From Candidatus Poribacteria bacterium (GTDB lineage: Bacteria > Poribacteria > WGA-4E > WGA-3G): 64,000 nt of DNA. A program made the translations under genes and the position numbers. The stretch's first letter is position 1. Every line of letters starts with the position of its first letter. The stretch is taken from positions 352,001 through 416,000 of the forward strand of contig OZ243938.1 of assembly GCA_965214095.1 (NCBI GenBank), given 5' to 3'. Positions 62,657-64,000 of the stretch are shown here, one piece after another. The notes under the pieces are model-generated. The model searched no databases, had not been told where the DNA came from, and worked only from the letters and a program-made list of their open reading frames with translations.

Positions 62657-62773
62657 ATAATTTATCCTCTGTATTATGACTTGAGGATTTCTTGCAATTT
62701 TAACGATGTTCGTCTTTTTTGTCAACTGTAAAGGAATACAAACATAAAACATACGTCTTGCATTATATTAAAC

Positions 62774-64000
62774 TCAGACTTGTTGAGATACTTTCTCAGC
62801 CAATCGTATAAGTGCGGGTGACATGTCAGTTTTTTCTAGTTCTGCCTCAATCAAGACAAAATGTTTCGTATCGGCAAGAGCAGATTTCATGGCAGTGTCA
62901 AATTCACCTTCTGTCCGAACAGCAAACGCGCGTCCTGATCCTAACAGTTCTGGAAAATTAGTGTAACGCCAATTTACTATATCATTAAAAGGTCCTTCAC
63001 CGAGAGGACGGATGGTTCCGTATCCATAGTTGTTGAGAACAAGGACGATGGGGTTCAGACCGTAGCGAATGGCCGTAGATAGTTCAGTACCTGTCATTTG
63101 GAAAGCACCATCACCGACAATAACAAGTGGCCTGGAATCAGGATTGCTGAGTTGTGCTCCAACAGCAGCAGGAATTGCAAATCCCATTGAGGTATAGTAT
63201 GCCTGAGAGATAAAGTCGGTGTGTTCTGGCAGACGTAAATCCGATGCACCCCAAAGGCAGTCACCAACATCGGGGATTACTGTCAAGTCATCACACAGAA
63301 ATTGATTGAGATGTTGGAATAGACGTTTAACAGTTAATGCTTGCTCGGGTTCCATAACAAACGGTTCTGCTACTTCCAAGACCCATTCCAAATTTGCTTC
63401 GGGGTGTTTCTTAAGTTGAGGAGAACACAAACCATCCATAAAATCGGCTAACGTAACATCTTCATACGTAGAGTAACAGACGGTTATTTTATCAGATGAA
63501 GCATAGACACTACGACTGCGCGCGAGGTTTGCAGTGTAAATTCCAAGGTTGACATCGGTCATAAATGCACCGAGAATTATCAGACAATCAGAGGTTTCAA
63601 CAAGGGTTGTGATCTCCGTTCTACCCATTGCACCGCCATAAATACCCAAATAGAGCGGATGTGCCTCTGGCATCACCGATTTTCCCAACAACGTTGTTAC
63701 AACTGGAATCTGTTTTTCTTCGGCAAGACGAAGTAATTTATCCTGAAATCTGTATCTATGCAGCTCAGCACCAGCTAAAATGACCGGATTGTTGGATTGA
63801 TTGATAAAGTCAATCGCATTAGATAGGGCAGCATCCAACGTTTCAGCGTCACTCTGGTGTCTACCCGTTGAAGGACGTTGGTGAACTGCTCCTTGAGCCG
63901 CTACCATATCGCGTGGTAATTCAATATATCCGGGTCGTTTGTGCCAATAAACTTCGTCCAACACTCTGTCAATTTCGTTGAAGGCGGTGAAAGGATCATC
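62774..64000 (-). CDS. ThDP-dependent alpha-keto acid (indolepyruvate/pyruvate) decarboxylase, 5' partial
   Basis: RPGYIELP, SMGFAIPAA, GDGAFQMT...LNN; frame open to the window end. Confidence 0.9.
   Translation of the reverse strand, partial: DDPFTAFNEIDRVLDEVYWHKRPGYIELPRDMVAAQGAVHQRPSTGRHQSDAETLDAALSNAIDFINQSNNPVILAGAELHRYRFQDKLLRLAEEKQIPVVTTLLGKSVMPEAHPLYLGIYGGAMGRTEITTLVETSDCLIILGAFMTDVNLGIYTANLARSRSVYASSDKITVCYSTYEDVTLADFMDGLCSPQLKKHPEANLEWVLEVAEPFVMEPEQALTVKRLFQHLNQFLCDDLTVIPDVGDCLWGASDLRLPEHTDFISQAYYTSMGFAIPAAVGAQLSNPDSRPLVIVGDGAFQMTGTELSTAIRYGLNPIVLVLNNYGYGTIRPLGEGPFNDIVNWRYTNFPELLGSGRAFAVRTEGEFDTAMKSALADTKHFVLIEAELEKTDMSPALIRLAEKVSQQV

Overview
Bacterial window that resembles Candidatus Poribacteria (inference from the WD40, LamG and dockerin proteins, KLxxxWxxLK and NYPNPFNPETWIPY C-termini, multiple PhyH and Uma2 genes). 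Positions 1-10.6 kb and 43-64 kb hold mostly intact metabolic and secreted-protein genes, including mutY, a YitJ-like methyltransferase/MTHFR, three PhyH enzymes and a dockerin-cytochrome-copper monooxygenase fusion. Positions ~10.6-42.9 kb are a decaying accessory and defence island. It contains phage tail-like remnants, a PLD-SNF2 helicase + N6-adenine methyltransferase + TIR-TPR + DUF2971-like cluster, an inactivated prokaryotic viperin, three pieces of a tyrosine-recombinase family and several IS remnants. Throughout the window are non-autonomous IS-end shells with TA, TAA or 6-bp target duplications, many carrying GTAG-led REP-like hairpins. The two secreted proteins with the C-terminal W-x-x-L-K motif both have consensus sigma54 promoters. 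No rRNA, tRNA or CRISPR array was seen. All family calls come from reading motifs by eye; no database searches were run.
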